Made by a program: the position numbers and the translations under genes
DNA from: Phenylobacterium parvum
Lineage (GTDB): Bacteria > Pseudomonadota > Alphaproteobacteria > Caulobacterales > Caulobacteraceae
Assembly (NCBI GenBank): GCA_029977805.1
Contig: JAPOKE010000001.1
Coordinates: 1 to 52,937 of the forward strand
DNA length: 52,937 nucleotides
Direction: 5' to 3'
The notes under the pieces: generated by a model
Told to the model about the DNA's origin: nothing
What the model saw: only the letters and a program-made list of their open reading frames with translations
Database searches by the model: none
Shown: positions 1 to 9,948 of the stretch, piece after piece
Numbering within the stretch: the first letter of the stretch is position 1
How the letters are laid out: every line of letters begins with the position of its first letter

Positions 1-2006
1 AGACCCTCGACCGCCGGGTTGACGACGACGAGGATACGCGCCGCAAGGCCGCCAACGCCGCCGGCAAGCCGATCAGCCGGGCCAAGGGCGCGACCCAGCG
101 CCGCGAGGGCCGCCTCACCATCCAGGCCGTGGCCGGGGACGACGAGGGCGCCGTCGAGCGGATGCGTTCGCTGGCCTCCGTCCGCCGGGCCCGGGAGCGC
201 GAGCGCGAAAAGCGCAAGGGCGGGGTCCAGGAACAGGCCCGCGTCGCCCGCGAGGTGGTGATCCCCGACGTCATCACCGTCGCCGAGCTGTCCAACCGGA
301 TGGCCACCCGCGGCGTGGACGTCATCAAGTTCCTGATGCGCCAGGGCATGATGCTGAAGATCAACGACGTGATCGACAGCGACACGGCCGAGCTCATCGC
401 CACCGAATTCGGCCACACGGTGAAGCGCGTGTCCGACTCCGACGTCGAGGAAGGCTTCCTGGGCGCCGAGGACGTGGACGAGAACATGGAGCCCCGCGCC
501 CCCGTGGTGGCGGTCATGGGCCATGTCGACCACGGCAAGACCTCGCTGCTGGACGCCCTCCGCCTCACCGACGTGGCGGCCGGAGAGCACGGCGGCATCA
601 CCCAGCACATCGGCGCCTACCAGGTGAAGCTGCCCAACGGCCAGAAGGTGACCTTCCTGGACACCCCCGGCCACGCCGCCTTCACCGCCATGCGGGCCCG
701 CGGCGCCGAGGTGACGGACATCGTCGTCCTGGTCGTTGCGGCCGACGACGGGGTCATGCCCCAGACCATCGAGGCCATCCAGCACGCCCGGGCGGCGAGG
801 ACGCCGATCATCGTGGCCGTCAACAAGATGGACAAGCCGGACTCCAACCCGACGCGCGTCATCAACGAGCTGCTGCAGCACGAGGTGGTGGCCGAGAGCC
901 TGGGCGGCGAAACCCAGATCATCGAGGTCTCGGCCCTCAAGAAGACCGGCCTGGAGGACCTCATCGAGGCCATCCTCCTGCAGTCCGAGGTGCTTGAGCT
1001 GAAGGCCAACCCGGACCGCACGGGCGAGGGCGTGGTCATCGAGTCCAAGATCGACCGCGGCCGCGGCGCCGTCTCGACCGTCCTGGTCAAGCGCGGCACC
1101 CTGAAGCGGGGCGACATCGTCGTGGCCGGCGCCAACTTCGGCCGCGTCCGCGCCCTGCTGAACGAGCGGGACGAGCAGGTTCCCTCGGCCGGGCCGTCCG
1201 AGCCGGTCGAGATCCTCGGCCTGGACGGCGCGCCGTCGCCGGGCGAGGCCTTCGCCGTCGTGGACTCCGAGGCCCGCGCCCGCGAGCTGACCGAGTACCG
1301 GATCCGCGTGAAGCGCGAGAAGGCCGGCGCCCCCGTGGGCGGCGGCGTGTCCATGGCCGACTTCATGGCCAAGATGCAGGACAAGAAGATCTCGGAGATG
1401 CCGGTCATCATCAAGGCCGACGTCCAGGGCTCCGCCGAGGCCATCGTGGGCTCGCTGGACAAGCTGGCCACGGACGAAGTCCGCGCCCGCATCATCCTGT
1501 CCGGCGCCGGGGCGATCAGCGAGAGCGACGTCATGCTGGCCAAGGGTTCGGGCGCGCCCATCCTGGGCTTCAACGTCCGCGCCACCAGCCAGGCCCGCCA
1601 GCTCGCCGAGCGCGAGGGCGTGGAGATCCGCTACTACGCGATCATCTACGACCTGCTCGACGACGTTAAGGGCGTCATGTCCGGCCTGCTGGCCCCCGAG
1701 CAGAGGGAAACCTTCCTCGGCAACGCCCGGGTCCTGCAGGTGTTCGACATCACCCGCGTGGGCAAGGTGGCCGGCTGCCGCGTCACCGAGGGCGTGGTGC
1801 GCCGCGGCGCCCGGGTCCGGATCGTCCGCAACGACATCGTCGTCCTCGAGCTCGGGGTCCTGCAGACCCTCAAGCGCTTCAAGGACGAGGTGGCCGAGGT
1901 CGGCAACGGGGTCGAGTGCGGCATGGCCTTCCAGGGCTTCCAGGACATCCAGGAAGGCGACATCATCGAGTGCTTCACCATCGAAGAGGTCAAGCGCAGC
2001 CTCTAG
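1..2006 (+). CDS. infB: Translation initiation factor IF-2 (5' truncated by window edge)
   Basis: Frame of ORF 129..2006 is open back to position 3. GTPase motifs [22 protein letters not shown] and the IF-2 C-terminal domains are present. Confidence 0.98.
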   Translation, partial: TLDRRVDDDEDTRRKAANAAGKPISRAKGATQRREGRLTIQAVAGDDEGAVERMRSLASVRRAREREREKRKGGVQEQARVAREVVIPDVITVAELSNRMATRGVDVIKFLMRQGMMLKINDVIDSDTAELIATEFGHTVKRVSDSDVEEGFLGAEDVDENMEPRAPVVAVMGHVDHGKTSLLDALRLTDVAAGEHGGITQHIGAYQVKLPNGQKVTFLDTPGHAAFTAMRARGAEVTDIVVLVVAADDGVMPQTIEAIQHARAARTPIIVAVNKMDKPDSNPTRVINELLQHEVVAESLGGETQIIEVSALKKTGLEDLIEAILLQSEVLELKANPDRTGEGVVIESKIDRGRGAVSTVLVKRGTLKRGDIVVAGANFGRVRALLNERDEQVPSAGPSEPVEILGLDGAPSPGEAFAVVDSEARARELTEYRIRVKREKAGAPVGGGVSMADFMAKMQDKKISEMPVIIKADVQGSAEAIVGSLDKLATDEVRARIILSGAGAISESDVMLAKGSGAPILGFNVRATSQARQLAEREGVEIRYYAIIYDLLDDVKGVMSGLLAPEQRETFLGNARVLQVFDITRVGKVAGCRVTEGVVRRGARVRIVRNDIVVLELGVLQTLKRFKDEVAEVGNGVECGMAFQGFQDIQEGDIIECFTIEEVKRSL

Positions 2007-2032
2007 TCGGCTGCGCGCGGCCGGGGGGTTTC

Positions 2033-2548
2033 ATGATCAGACGCCTCGCCCTTCTCTCGATCCTCTGCCTCCTGGCGGCCTGCGCGACCGCCAGCCGGGT
2101 CGGCGCGGCCAATGACGTCCACGCCCTCCTGGTGGCCATCCGGGACGACGACCGCGCCGCCTTCGACGCGCGGGTCGACCGGGACGCCCTGAAGGCGGAG
2201 ATGTCGTCGCGCCTCTCCCGGGAGGCCTCCCGCCTCAAGGTGGACGGGCTTGACCTCGGCCGGCTCGGCGTCGTGGCGGCCCCGGCCCTCGCCAACCTGG
2301 CCGGCGACGCCCTGATCCAGCCGCGGGTCTTCCGCCAGGTGGCGGAGGCCTATGGCTACACCCGGGACAAGCCGATCCCCGGGACCATGGCCATCGCCAG
2401 CCAGCTCAAGGCCATGCCCGACGGGAGGGTCTGCGCGACCCGCGAGAAGGACGGCCCCTGCATCCTCGTCTTCACCCGCTCGAGCGAGGGCCGCTGGCGG
2501 CTGAGCGGCTTCGAGGGCGACCTCTCCTCCCTCAAGATCCGGCTCTGA
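2033..2548 (+). CDS. Putative lipoprotein, DUF2939-like
   Basis: ATG 2033; signal peptide with lipobox LAAC; AIRDDDRAAFDARVDRDALK and terminal WRLSG pattern resemble DUF2939. Confidence 0.65.
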   Translation: MIRRLALLSILCLLAACATASRVGAANDVHALLVAIRDDDRAAFDARVDRDALKAEMSSRLSREASRLKVDGLDLGRLGVVAAPALANLAGDALIQPRVFRQVAEAYGYTRDKPIPGTMAIASQLKAMPDGRVCATREKDGPCILVFTRSSEGRWRLSGFEGDLSSLKIRL

Positions 2549-2559
2549 AGGAGGCCCGC

Positions 2560-3351
2560 ATGGCCTGGGAAGACGCCCTGTCCGCCTATGAGCGGTTCGA
2601 CTTCGAGGACGGCCCCTGGACCCGCCCCGTCTGGCGGCGCGGCGAGGGCCCCGCGGTCATCATCATCCACGAGATCCCCGGCCTTCACCCGCTGGTCATC
2701 CGTTTCGCCGACCGGGTGGCCGAGGCCGGCATGACCGTCTTCCTGCCCAGCCTGATCGGCGATCCCGGCCGGCCCGTGAGCGGGGGCTACGCCCTGAAGT
2801 CCATGGCGACCGCCTTCTGCGTGCGGCGGGAGTTCAACGTCTGGCGGACCGGGCGCACCAGCCCCATCGCGGACTGGCTGCGGGCCCTGGCGCGGAAGGC
2901 CCACGACGAATGCGGCGGCAAGGGCGTGGGCGCCGTGGGCATGTGCTTCTCGGGCGGCTTCGCCCTCGCCATGATGACCGAGCCCGCCGTCGTGGCGCCG
3001 GTCCTGTCCCAGCCCTCCCTGCCCCTGCCCTTCGGCTCGAAGGCCCGGTCGGCGGACATCGACGTCTCGCCGGCCGACCTGCGCTGCGTGAAGGACCGGC
3101 TGGAGGCCGAGGACCTGACCGTCATGGGCCTGCGCTTCCGGTCGGACCGCTTCGTGCCGGACGCCCGCTTCGAGACCCTGAAGGCGACCTTCGGCGAACG
3201 CTTCGACCCGGTGGAGCTCGAGGACGCCGATGCGGCGCCCGCAGACATGCCCCCGCACTCGGTCCTGACCCTGCACCTGCGGGAGGACGGCCCCACCAAG
3301 GCGGCGGAGCAGAAGGTCATCGACTTCTTCCGGACGCGGACGGGCGCCTGA
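2560..3351 (+). CDS. Dienelactone hydrolase family protein
   Basis: AAGGAGG RBS; HEIPG and nucleophile motif GMCFSGG; late HSVLT. Confidence 0.85.
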   Translation: MAWEDALSAYERFDFEDGPWTRPVWRRGEGPAVIIIHEIPGLHPLVIRFADRVAEAGMTVFLPSLIGDPGRPVSGGYALKSMATAFCVRREFNVWRTGRTSPIADWLRALARKAHDECGGKGVGAVGMCFSGGFALAMMTEPAVVAPVLSQPSLPLPFGSKARSADIDVSPADLRCVKDRLEAEDLTVMGLRFRSDRFVPDARFETLKATFGERFDPVELEDADAAPADMPPHSVLTLHLREDGPTKAAEQKVIDFFRTRTGA

Positions 3352-3360
3352 CGCCGCCGC

Positions 3361-3389
3361 TGGACAGCGGGGCCCGCCGCGACTAGAAC
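3361..3389 (+). promoter_or_regulatory. Putative sigma70-type promoter for rbfA-truB
   Basis: TGGACA (3361-3366), 17 bp, TAGAAC (3384-3389). Confidence 0.5.
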
Positions 3390-3452
3390 CCGCCGCCTTC
3401 CCCCGCGCCCGCGTCCGATCCGCGGTCCGGGCCAGCCATCCGGGACCCTCCC

Positions 3453-3878
3453 ATGAAAAGACACACCGGCGCCGGTCGCGGCGCCCCGGCCGGACCCTCG
3501 CAGCGCCAGCTGCGGGCCGGAGAGCTCATCCGCCACGCCCTCGTCGAGGTCCTGCGGGAAGAGGACATCGCCGACCCGGACCTCGAAGGCGTCTCCGTGA
3601 CGGTGACCGAGGTCCGCATGAGCCCGGACCTGCGCCACGCCCACTGCTTCGTCGAGCCCCTGGGCGGCCAGGACGCCGGACGCGTGGTCTCGGCCCTGAA
3701 CCGGCATTCGCGCTTCCTGCGGGGACGCCTGGGACGCGGGATCGACATGAAGTTCACCCCGGACCTGCGGTTCGCCCATGACGAGAGCTTCACCGAGGCG
3801 GCGCGCATGGAGGCCCTCTTCCGGGACCCGCGGGTGGCGCGGGACCTTTCGCCGGATGACCCGGACGGGGAGGACTGA
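3453..3878 (+). CDS. rbfA: Ribosome-binding factor A
   Basis: [40 protein letters not shown]; directly upstream of truB. Confidence 0.96.
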   Translation: MKRHTGAGRGAPAGPSQRQLRAGELIRHALVEVLREEDIADPDLEGVSVTVTEVRMSPDLRHAHCFVEPLGGQDAGRVVSALNRHSRFLRGRLGRGIDMKFTPDLRFAHDESFTEAARMEALFRDPRVARDLSPDDPDGED

Positions 3879-3879
3879 G

Positions 3880-4809
3880 ATGGGACGGCGCAAGACCGGC
3901 GAGGCGATCTCGGGCTGGATCTGCCTGGACAAGCCCTATGACCTGACCTCGACCCAGGCGGTCGGCCGGGTCCGTCGCCTGTTCAACGCCCGCAAGGCCG
4001 GGCACGCCGGGACCCTCGATCCCCTGGCCACCGGGGTCCTGCCCATCGCCCTCGGCGAGGCGACCAAGACGGTCAGCTTCATGATGGAGGCGGGGAAGAC
4101 CTACCGCTTCTCCATCGCCTGGGGACGGACCACGACGACCCTCGACCGCGAGGGCGAGACCTCCGCCGCCTCCGATGTCCGGCCGGCGGCCGCGGCGGTC
4201 GAGGCCGCCCTGGAGGACTTCGTCGGGGAGATCGACCAGGTCCCGCCCGCCTACTCCGCCATCAAGGTCGACGGCGAGCGCGCCTACGACCTGGCCCGGG
4301 CCGGGGAGACGGTGGAGCTGGCCGCCCGCCGGGTGGTGATCCATGGGGCCCGGGTGACGGACGCCCCGGACGCCGACCATGTCGAGATCGAGATCGACTG
4401 CGGCAAGGGCGTCTACGTCCGGTCCCTGGTCCGCGACCTGGCCGAGCGGCTCGGCGCCTGCGGACATGTGAGCGCCCTGAGGCGCACCCGGGTGGGGCCC
4501 TTCACGGAGGCCCGGGCGATTGGACTGGAAAACCTGGACGATCTGGGGCATAAGGCCCGCCTCCTGGAGGCCCTGCTTCCGGTCGAGACCGCTCTGGACG
4601 ACATCCCGGAGCTGGCCGTGACCGCAGAAGACGCCTTCAGGCTAAAGCAGGGACGGCCCATCGTTCTCGTTCCCCGACAGGTTGACGACCTGAGGTCCCG
4701 GCTCCCGGCCGGAACCCGGACCGTGTCAGTCCTGGAGGGCGGTTCGCTGGTGGCGCTCTGCGAGATGCGGATGGGACGGCTCGAACCCGCACGCGTCTTT
4801 CACCTCTGA
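3880..4809 (+). CDS. truB: tRNA pseudouridine(55) synthase
   Basis: [38 protein letters not shown]; ATG at 3880, 1 nt after the rbfA stop. Confidence 0.97.
   Translation: MGRRKTGEAISGWICLDKPYDLTSTQAVGRVRRLFNARKAGHAGTLDPLATGVLPIALGEATKTVSFMMEAGKTYRFSIAWGRTTTTLDREGETSAASDVRPAAAAVEAALEDFVGEIDQVPPAYSAIKVDGERAYDLARAGETVELAARRVVIHGARVTDAPDADHVEIEIDCGKGVYVRSLVRDLAERLGACGHVSALRRTRVGPFTEARAIGLENLDDLGHKARLLEALLPVETALDDIPELAVTAEDAFRLKQGRPIVLVPRQVDDLRSRLPAGTRTVSVLEGGSLVALCEMRMGRLEPARVFHL
4591..4612 (+). promoter_or_regulatory. Candidate S15 autoregulatory RNA hairpin inside the truB CDS
   Basis: GCUCUGG/CCGGAGC stem with loop ACGACAUC; the loop 7-mer CGACAUC is complementary to GAUGUCG spanning the rpsO start (4828-4834). 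Confidence 0.55.
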
Positions 4810-4828
4810 CCAGAGCGGAGATCCTACG

Positions 4829-5098
4829 ATGTCGATTACGCTGGAACGCAAGGCGGAACTCATCCAGACCCACGGTCGCTCCGAAGGCGATACCGGGAGC
4901 GCGGAAGTCCAGGTGGCCATCCTGTCCGAACGGATCGCCAACCTGACCGAGCACTTCAAGACCCACAAGAAGGACAACCACTCCCGTCGCGGCCTCCTCA
5001 AGATGGTGTCCCAGCGCCGCCGCCTGCTGGACCACCTGAAGGCCTCCGACGTCGCCCGCTACCAGGCGATCATCGAGAAGCTCGGCCTGCGCCGATAG
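4829..5098 (+). CDS. rpsO: 30S ribosomal protein S15
   Basis: [32 protein letters not shown]; 89 aa. Confidence 0.99.
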   Translation: MSITLERKAELIQTHGRSEGDTGSAEVQVAILSERIANLTEHFKTHKKDNHSRRGLLKMVSQRRRLLDHLKASDVARYQAIIEKLGLRR

Positions 5099-5101
5099 TC
5101 C

Positions 5102-5127
5102 CCGGGGCCCCGAAAGGGGCCCTGGTT
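5102..5127 (+). terminator. GC-rich hairpin after rpsO (weak terminator or processing stem)
   Basis: CCGGGGCCCC-GAAA-GGGGCCCUGG, 10 bp with one G.U pair; only a poor U-tract follows. Confidence 0.55.
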
Positions 5128-5321
5128 CCATTCACCGCCGCCCCCGCGACAGGCCGGGGGACAAGGGGCGGTGCGCGGGGGTCCATTCGGGGACCTTCGT
5201 CCTACGTCGGGGGTTCCACAGAAATCCTCACCGCGCCTGTCGTTCCTGGAGAGGATTTCGGTCGTCCGACGCCCTGTCCGCCCCCGCCGGGAATACGCCC
5301 GCGGGAGAAGAAAGAAGCCAA

Positions 5322-7466
5322 ATGTTCGATATCAAGAGAAAGACCATCGAGTGGGGCGGCCGCGCGCTGACCCTCGAGACCGGCCGCATGGCCCGCCAGG
5401 CCGACGGTTCCGTCCTGGCCACCTACGGCGAGACCATGGTGCTGGCCACCGCCGTCTACGCCAAGAGCGCCAAGCCCGGGCAGGACTTCTTCCCCCTGAC
5501 CGTGAACTACCAGGAGAAGTACTACGCCGCCGGCAAGATCCCCGGCTCCTTCCCCCGGCGCGAGGCTGCGCCGACCCAGAAGGAAACCCTGACCTCGCGC
5601 CTGATCGACCGTCCGATCCGTCCGCTGTTCGTCGAGGGCTTCAAGAACGAGGTCCAGGTGGTCGCCACCGTGCTGGCCCATGACCTCGAGAACGATCCCG
5701 ACATCGTCGCCATGGTCGCCGCCTCGGCCGCCCTGGTCCTGTCCGGCGCCCCCTTCATGGGCCCGATCGGCGCCGCCCGCGTGGGCTACGCCAACGGCGA
5801 GTACATCCTCAACCCGACCCTCGACCAGCTCAAGGAGTCGGCCATGGACCTGGTCGTCGCCGGCACGAGCGACGCCGTGATGATGGTGGAGTCCGAGATC
5901 CAGGAGCTCTCCGAAGAGGTGGTCCTGGGCGGCGTGACCTTCGCGCACAAGGCCATGCAGCCGGTGATCGACGCCATCATCGAGCTGGCCGAGCACGCGG
6001 CCAAGGATCCCTTCGAGTTCACCCCGGACGACACCGAGGCCCTCAAGGCCGAGGCCCGCAAGCTGGTGGGTTCGGACCTGGCGGCGGCCTACAAGATCGT
6101 CGCCAAGGGCCAGCGCTACGAGGCCGTCGGCCAGGCCAAGGCCAAGGCGGTCGCCGCCCTGGCCAAGTCCGAGGCCAACCCCTCGGGCGTCGACGCCCAG
6201 AAGCTGGCCGGCGTCCTGAAGGAGCTGGAAGCCGAGGTCGTCCGCCGCAACATCATCGAGACCGGGATCCGCATCGACGGCCGGACGGTGGACAAGGTCC
6301 GCCCGATCGTCTCGGAGGTCGGCGTGCTGACCCGGGCCCATGGCTCGGCCCTGTTCACGCGCGGCGAGACCCAGGCCCTGGTGGTCGCCACCCTCGGCAC
6401 CGGCGACGACGAGCAGCTGATCGACGCCCTCGAGGGCAAGTACTACGAGAAGTTCCTGCTGCACTACAACTTCCCCCCCTTCAGCGTCGGCGAGACCGGC
6501 CGGATGGGCGCCCCCGGGCGGCGGGAAGTGGGTCACGGAAAGCTGGCCTGGCGGGCGATCCGCCCCATGCTGCCGGCCTATGACGAGTTCCCCTACACCA
6601 TCCGCCTGGTCTCCGAGATCCTGGAGTCCAACGGTTCGTCCTCCATGGCGTCGGTGTGCGGCTCGTCCCTGGCCCTGATGGACGCCGGCGTGCCCCTCAA
6701 GAAGCCGGTCAGCGGCATCGCCATGGGCCTGATCCTCGAGAAGGACGGCTTCGCGGTCCTGTCCGACATCCTCGGCGACGAGGACCACCTGGGCGACATG
6801 GACTTCAAGGTGGCCGGCACCGAGGACGGGATCACCTCCCTCCAGATGGACATCAAGATCGCCGGGATCACCGAGGAGATCATGCGCAAGGCGCTGGAAC
6901 AGGCCAAGGGCGGCCGCCAGCACATCCTGGGCGAGATGGCCAAGGCCATGGAAGCCCCGCGCACCCAGCTCGGCGAATTCGCCCCGAAGATCGAGACCAT
7001 CAAGATCCCGGTGGACAAGATCCGTGAGGTCATCGGCTCGGGCGGCAAGGTGATCCGCGAGATCACCGCCGAGACCGGCGCCAAGGTCGACATCGGCGAG
7101 GACGGCACCATCCGCATCGCGGCGGCCGAGCAGTCCAAGATCGACGCCGCCCGGGACTGGATCAAGTCCATCGCCTCGGAGCCCGAGCTGGGCGCCATCT
7201 ACACCGGCAAGGTCGTGAAGATCGTCGACTTCGGCGCCTTCGTGAACTTCTTCGGCGCCAAGGACGGCCTGGTCCACGTGAGCCAGATCTCCAAGGAGCG
7301 GGTGAACAAGGTCTCCGACGTCCTGCAGGAAGGCCAGACCGTGAAGGTCAAGCTCCTGGGCTTCGACGACCGGGGCAAGACCCGGCTGTCGATGAAGGTC
7401 GTCGACCAGGAGACCGGCGAGGACCTGTCCAAGAAGGAAGGCGCCTCGGAGGACGCCGAAGGCTGA
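5322..7466 (+). CDS. pnp: Polyribonucleotide nucleotidyltransferase (PNPase)
   Basis: [44 protein letters not shown], plus KH and S1 domains. Confidence 0.99.
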   Translation: MFDIKRKTIEWGGRALTLETGRMARQADGSVLATYGETMVLATAVYAKSAKPGQDFFPLTVNYQEKYYAAGKIPGSFPRREAAPTQKETLTSRLIDRPIRPLFVEGFKNEVQVVATVLAHDLENDPDIVAMVAASAALVLSGAPFMGPIGAARVGYANGEYILNPTLDQLKESAMDLVVAGTSDAVMMVESEIQELSEEVVLGGVTFAHKAMQPVIDAIIELAEHAAKDPFEFTPDDTEALKAEARKLVGSDLAAAYKIVAKGQRYEAVGQAKAKAVAALAKSEANPSGVDAQKLAGVLKELEAEVVRRNIIETGIRIDGRTVDKVRPIVSEVGVLTRAHGSALFTRGETQALVVATLGTGDDEQLIDALEGKYYEKFLLHYNFPPFSVGETGRMGAPGRREVGHGKLAWRAIRPMLPAYDEFPYTIRLVSEILESNGSSSMASVCGSSLALMDAGVPLKKPVSGIAMGLILEKDGFAVLSDILGDEDHLGDMDFKVAGTEDGITSLQMDIKIAGITEEIMRKALEQAKGGRQHILGEMAKAMEAPRTQLGEFAPKIETIKIPVDKIREVIGSGGKVIREITAETGAKVDIGEDGTIRIAAAEQSKIDAARDWIKSIASEPELGAIYTGKVVKIVDFGAFVNFFGAKDGLVHVSQISKERVNKVSDVLQEGQTVKVKLLGFDDRGKTRLSMKVVDQETGEDLSKKEGASEDAEG

Positions 7467-7491
7467 TCCGCCTTCCCGTCCGGGAGACTTC

Positions 7492-7524
7492 AGGGGCGGC
7501 CGGAGCGATCCGGCCGCCCCTTTT
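7492..7524 (+). terminator. Intrinsic terminator of pnp
   Basis: 13-bp perfect stem AGGGGCGGCCGGA / GCGA loop / TCCGGCCGCCCCT, followed by TTT. Confidence 0.85.
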
Positions 7525-7571
7525 CATGTCCGGTCCGCCGGGTTAAGGCGGGACAGGGTCCGCAGTTCACC

Positions 7572-7713
7572 CAGGCGTCGCCGCCCCGGAAGGGGAGCTA
7601 AACCTGCCAGCACAGACTTTTCCGCATCTGACGCTCTCCTTCCGCGCCAGGTCGAAGCCGGCGACCCCGACACCGCCCAATGCGGGCAAGGCGCAGCACG
7701 AGGACGCGTGATG
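7572..7713 (+). promoter_or_regulatory. Candidate cis-regulatory RNA switch (5' leader of the DUF2087 gene)
   Basis: Mutually exclusive pairings: 7587-7598 with 7633-7644 (12 bp, one G.U), versus hairpin 7572-7606 plus 7631-7648 pairing with 7690-7709 over the RBS and start. Confidence 0.55.
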
Positions 7714-8277
7714 CCCAGGACCTTCCTGCCCTATTCGGTCGACGACATTTCGGCCCTTGCCCGTTCCCTCAGGGAGCAGCTGGCCGCCCGGACGGAACCG
7801 CCCGGGCATGTCGAGATGCTCAACATGCTGGCCAGGGCGGCCGGCGACCGGAACTTCCAGCAGTTCCGCGCCCGGGCGACGGGGACTGTCGCCCCTGCCG
7901 GGCCCGCCCCCCCGCAGGACACCGCCCCACCGACGGACCTCGCCCTGGTGGAGCGGACGGCGCGACATTTCGACGCCGAGGGACGCCTGGCGACCTGGCC
8001 GGCGCGGACCTCCCTCCAGGCCCTCGCCCTGTGGGCCCTCTGGGCCCGGATCGAGCCGGGTCGCAGCTTCTCGGAAATCGGGTTCAACCAGTCCTTGAAC
8101 GCCCTGAGCCTGATCGGCGATCCCGCCCTGCTGCGGCGTTCGCTCTTCAACCAGGGGCTGGTCTCGCGCACGGATGACTGCCGCGACTACCGGCGGATCG
8201 AGCGGCCGCCCCCGGCGGAAGCCAGGGCCCTCTTCGCCCGGCTCGGCCTGGGCCGGGCGGACCAGGGGGCCGCCTGA
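7711..8277 (+). CDS. DUF2087 domain-containing protein
   Basis: GAGGA RBS at 7700-7704 (in-frame GTG at 7708 is an alternative start); FDAEGRLATWP...FSEIGFN...GDPALLRRSL...LVSRTDDCRDYRR resembles DUF2087. Confidence 0.8.
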   Translation: MPRTFLPYSVDDISALARSLREQLAARTEPPGHVEMLNMLARAAGDRNFQQFRARATGTVAPAGPAPPQDTAPPTDLALVERTARHFDAEGRLATWPARTSLQALALWALWARIEPGRSFSEIGFNQSLNALSLIGDPALLRRSLFNQGLVSRTDDCRDYRRIERPPPAEARALFARLGLGRADQGAA

Positions 8278-8296
8278 CGGCCCGCCCGGTCCGGCG

Positions 8297-9763
8297 TCAG
8301 CTGCGCAGCTTGCGGATGATGGCGTCGAGGTCCCGGGCGAGGACCGCATCGTCCTGCTTGAGGGCCTCGATCCGGCGGACCGCATGCAGGACGGTGGTGT
8401 GGTCCCGGCCGCCGAACCGGCGACCGATGTCCGGAAGGGAGCGCGTGGTGATCTGCTTGGCGATCCACATGGCGGCCTGCCGCGGCCGGGCGACGACCCG
8501 GGCCCGGCGCTCGGAGATGATGTCCGCCTGCTTCAGGCCGTAGTGCTCGGCCACGGCCTTCTGGATCTGGTCCACCGTGACCCGCTTCTCGCTGCAGGCC
8601 AGGTGCGGCCGCAGGATGGCCTGGGCCTCGTCCAGGCCGAGCCGGGCGATATCGCCGCCAACCCGGGCGACCAGGGTGTTGAGGGCCCCCTCCAGCTCAC
8701 GCACGGAGTCCGTGAAGCGGTCCGCGAGGAACTGGAGGACCTCCGTCCGGGCGGATGGCAGGAAGCCCCCGGCCTGGGCGAGGATGGCCAGCTTGCGCTC
8801 GAGGATGCCCAGCCGGAGGGTGCGGTCCGCAGGCTCGATCCCGCAGACCAGGCCCGACTGCAGGTGGGAGCGCAGGCGGGGCTCCATCTCCGAAAGCTCG
8901 GAGGGCGAGCGGTCGGCGGTCAGCACCACCCGGCGACCGTCCTCGATGAGGGCGATCAGGGTGTGGAACAGCTCTTCCTGGGTGTTCTGCTTGCCGGCGA
9001 CGAAGTGCACGTCGTCGATCAGGAGGAGGTCGGCGTTCCGCAGCTCCGCCTTGAAGGCGGCGGTCTGGCGGTCCTGGATCGCCCGCACGAAGGTCGAGGT
9101 GAAGCGTTCGGCGGTCAGGTAGACGACCCGGCGCGTCTCGCCCGTGCGCATGGCCTCCCAGGCCAGGGCGTTGAGCAGGTGGGTCTTCCCGAAGCCGTAG
9201 GGGCCGTGGAAGAGGACCGGGTTGAAATGACCGTCCGCCCAGGAGGCGACCCGCCGGGCGACCGCGAAGGCGAACTCGTTGGACGGGCCGGGGACGAAGG
9301 TCTCGAAGCTGAAGCGCTCCTGCAGGCCCTGCTGGCGGGCGCCGGCGAGGACGGGACGCGCCTCGTCCGCCGCCGGCCGGGGCGGCGCAGCAGCGGCCGG
9401 CGCCGTGCGGACCGCCGGGGCCGGGGCGGTGGCCTCGGCGGACGCCGGGGCGGGACTGGCGGAGGCCTGGCCCTCGAACTCCATCCTCGACTTCAGGGCG
9501 AGGCTGCGGCCCTTGGGGTCGTTCTGGGCCCAGAGCTCACCGATCCGGCGCCAGGCATGGCGACGGATCCAGTCCCGGGCGACGCCGGTGGCCGCCACGA
9601 GGCAGACATCGCCGTCCTGCTCGCGCAGGGAGGCCTGGCCAAGCCAGGACCCGAAGGTGGCCTCGCCGAGCTCCCGCCTCAGGATCTGGCAGGTCTTGTT
9701 CCAGGCCTCACCCGAAGCCCCGTCCTTCGACGACCCATCCTTCGACACGCTCCCGTTCGCCAT
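8297..9763 (-). CDS. dnaA: Chromosomal replication initiator DnaA
   Basis: Walker A GPYGFGKTHL, LLLIDDVHF, TQEELFHT, SVRELEGAL, FGGRDHTTVLHA. Start at 9763 preferred; ATG 9784 is an in-frame alternative. Confidence 0.97.
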   Translation of the reverse strand: MANGSVSKDGSSKDGASGEAWNKTCQILRRELGEATFGSWLGQASLREQDGDVCLVAATGVARDWIRRHAWRRIGELWAQNDPKGRSLALKSRMEFEGQASASPAPASAEATAPAPAVRTAPAAAAPPRPAADEARPVLAGARQQGLQERFSFETFVPGPSNEFAFAVARRVASWADGHFNPVLFHGPYGFGKTHLLNALAWEAMRTGETRRVVYLTAERFTSTFVRAIQDRQTAAFKAELRNADLLLIDDVHFVAGKQNTQEELFHTLIALIEDGRRVVLTADRSPSELSEMEPRLRSHLQSGLVCGIEPADRTLRLGILERKLAILAQAGGFLPSARTEVLQFLADRFTDSVRELEGALNTLVARVGGDIARLGLDEAQAILRPHLACSEKRVTVDQIQKAVAEHYGLKQADIISERRARVVARPRQAAMWIAKQITTRSLPDIGRRFGGRDHTTVLHAVRRIEALKQDDAVLARDLDAIIRKLRS

Positions 9764-9920
9764 CACCAACCCGTCCTGACCCATTTCCGCCCCACCCGTC
9801 GCCACTGCGCCGGAGAGCGCGCCGATACCGCGCAAAAGCTTCCCCGCGCTGCCGCGACCATGTCGCCGGCGGCTGTTTTCTCTCTCTCGAGGTCGCTTGG
9901 AAAAACGCTTTACGAGCCCA

Positions 9921-9948
9921 ACACTAGTGACGGCGAAGGGCCGGTCAA
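9921..9948 (-). promoter_or_regulatory. Putative dnaA promoter
   Basis: TTGACC (9948-9943), 16 bp, TAGTGT (9926-9921); implies a leader of about 150 nt. GANTC sites lie upstream at 9953, 9985 and 10049. Confidence 0.6.

Noticed and set aside
5202-7277. Long antisense or alternate-frame ORFs (also 19427..21808, 8174..10120, 35169..37322, 23104..25395 and others)
   Set aside because: Shadow ORFs expected opposite high-GC3 genes; they show no motifs and overlap well-supported genes.
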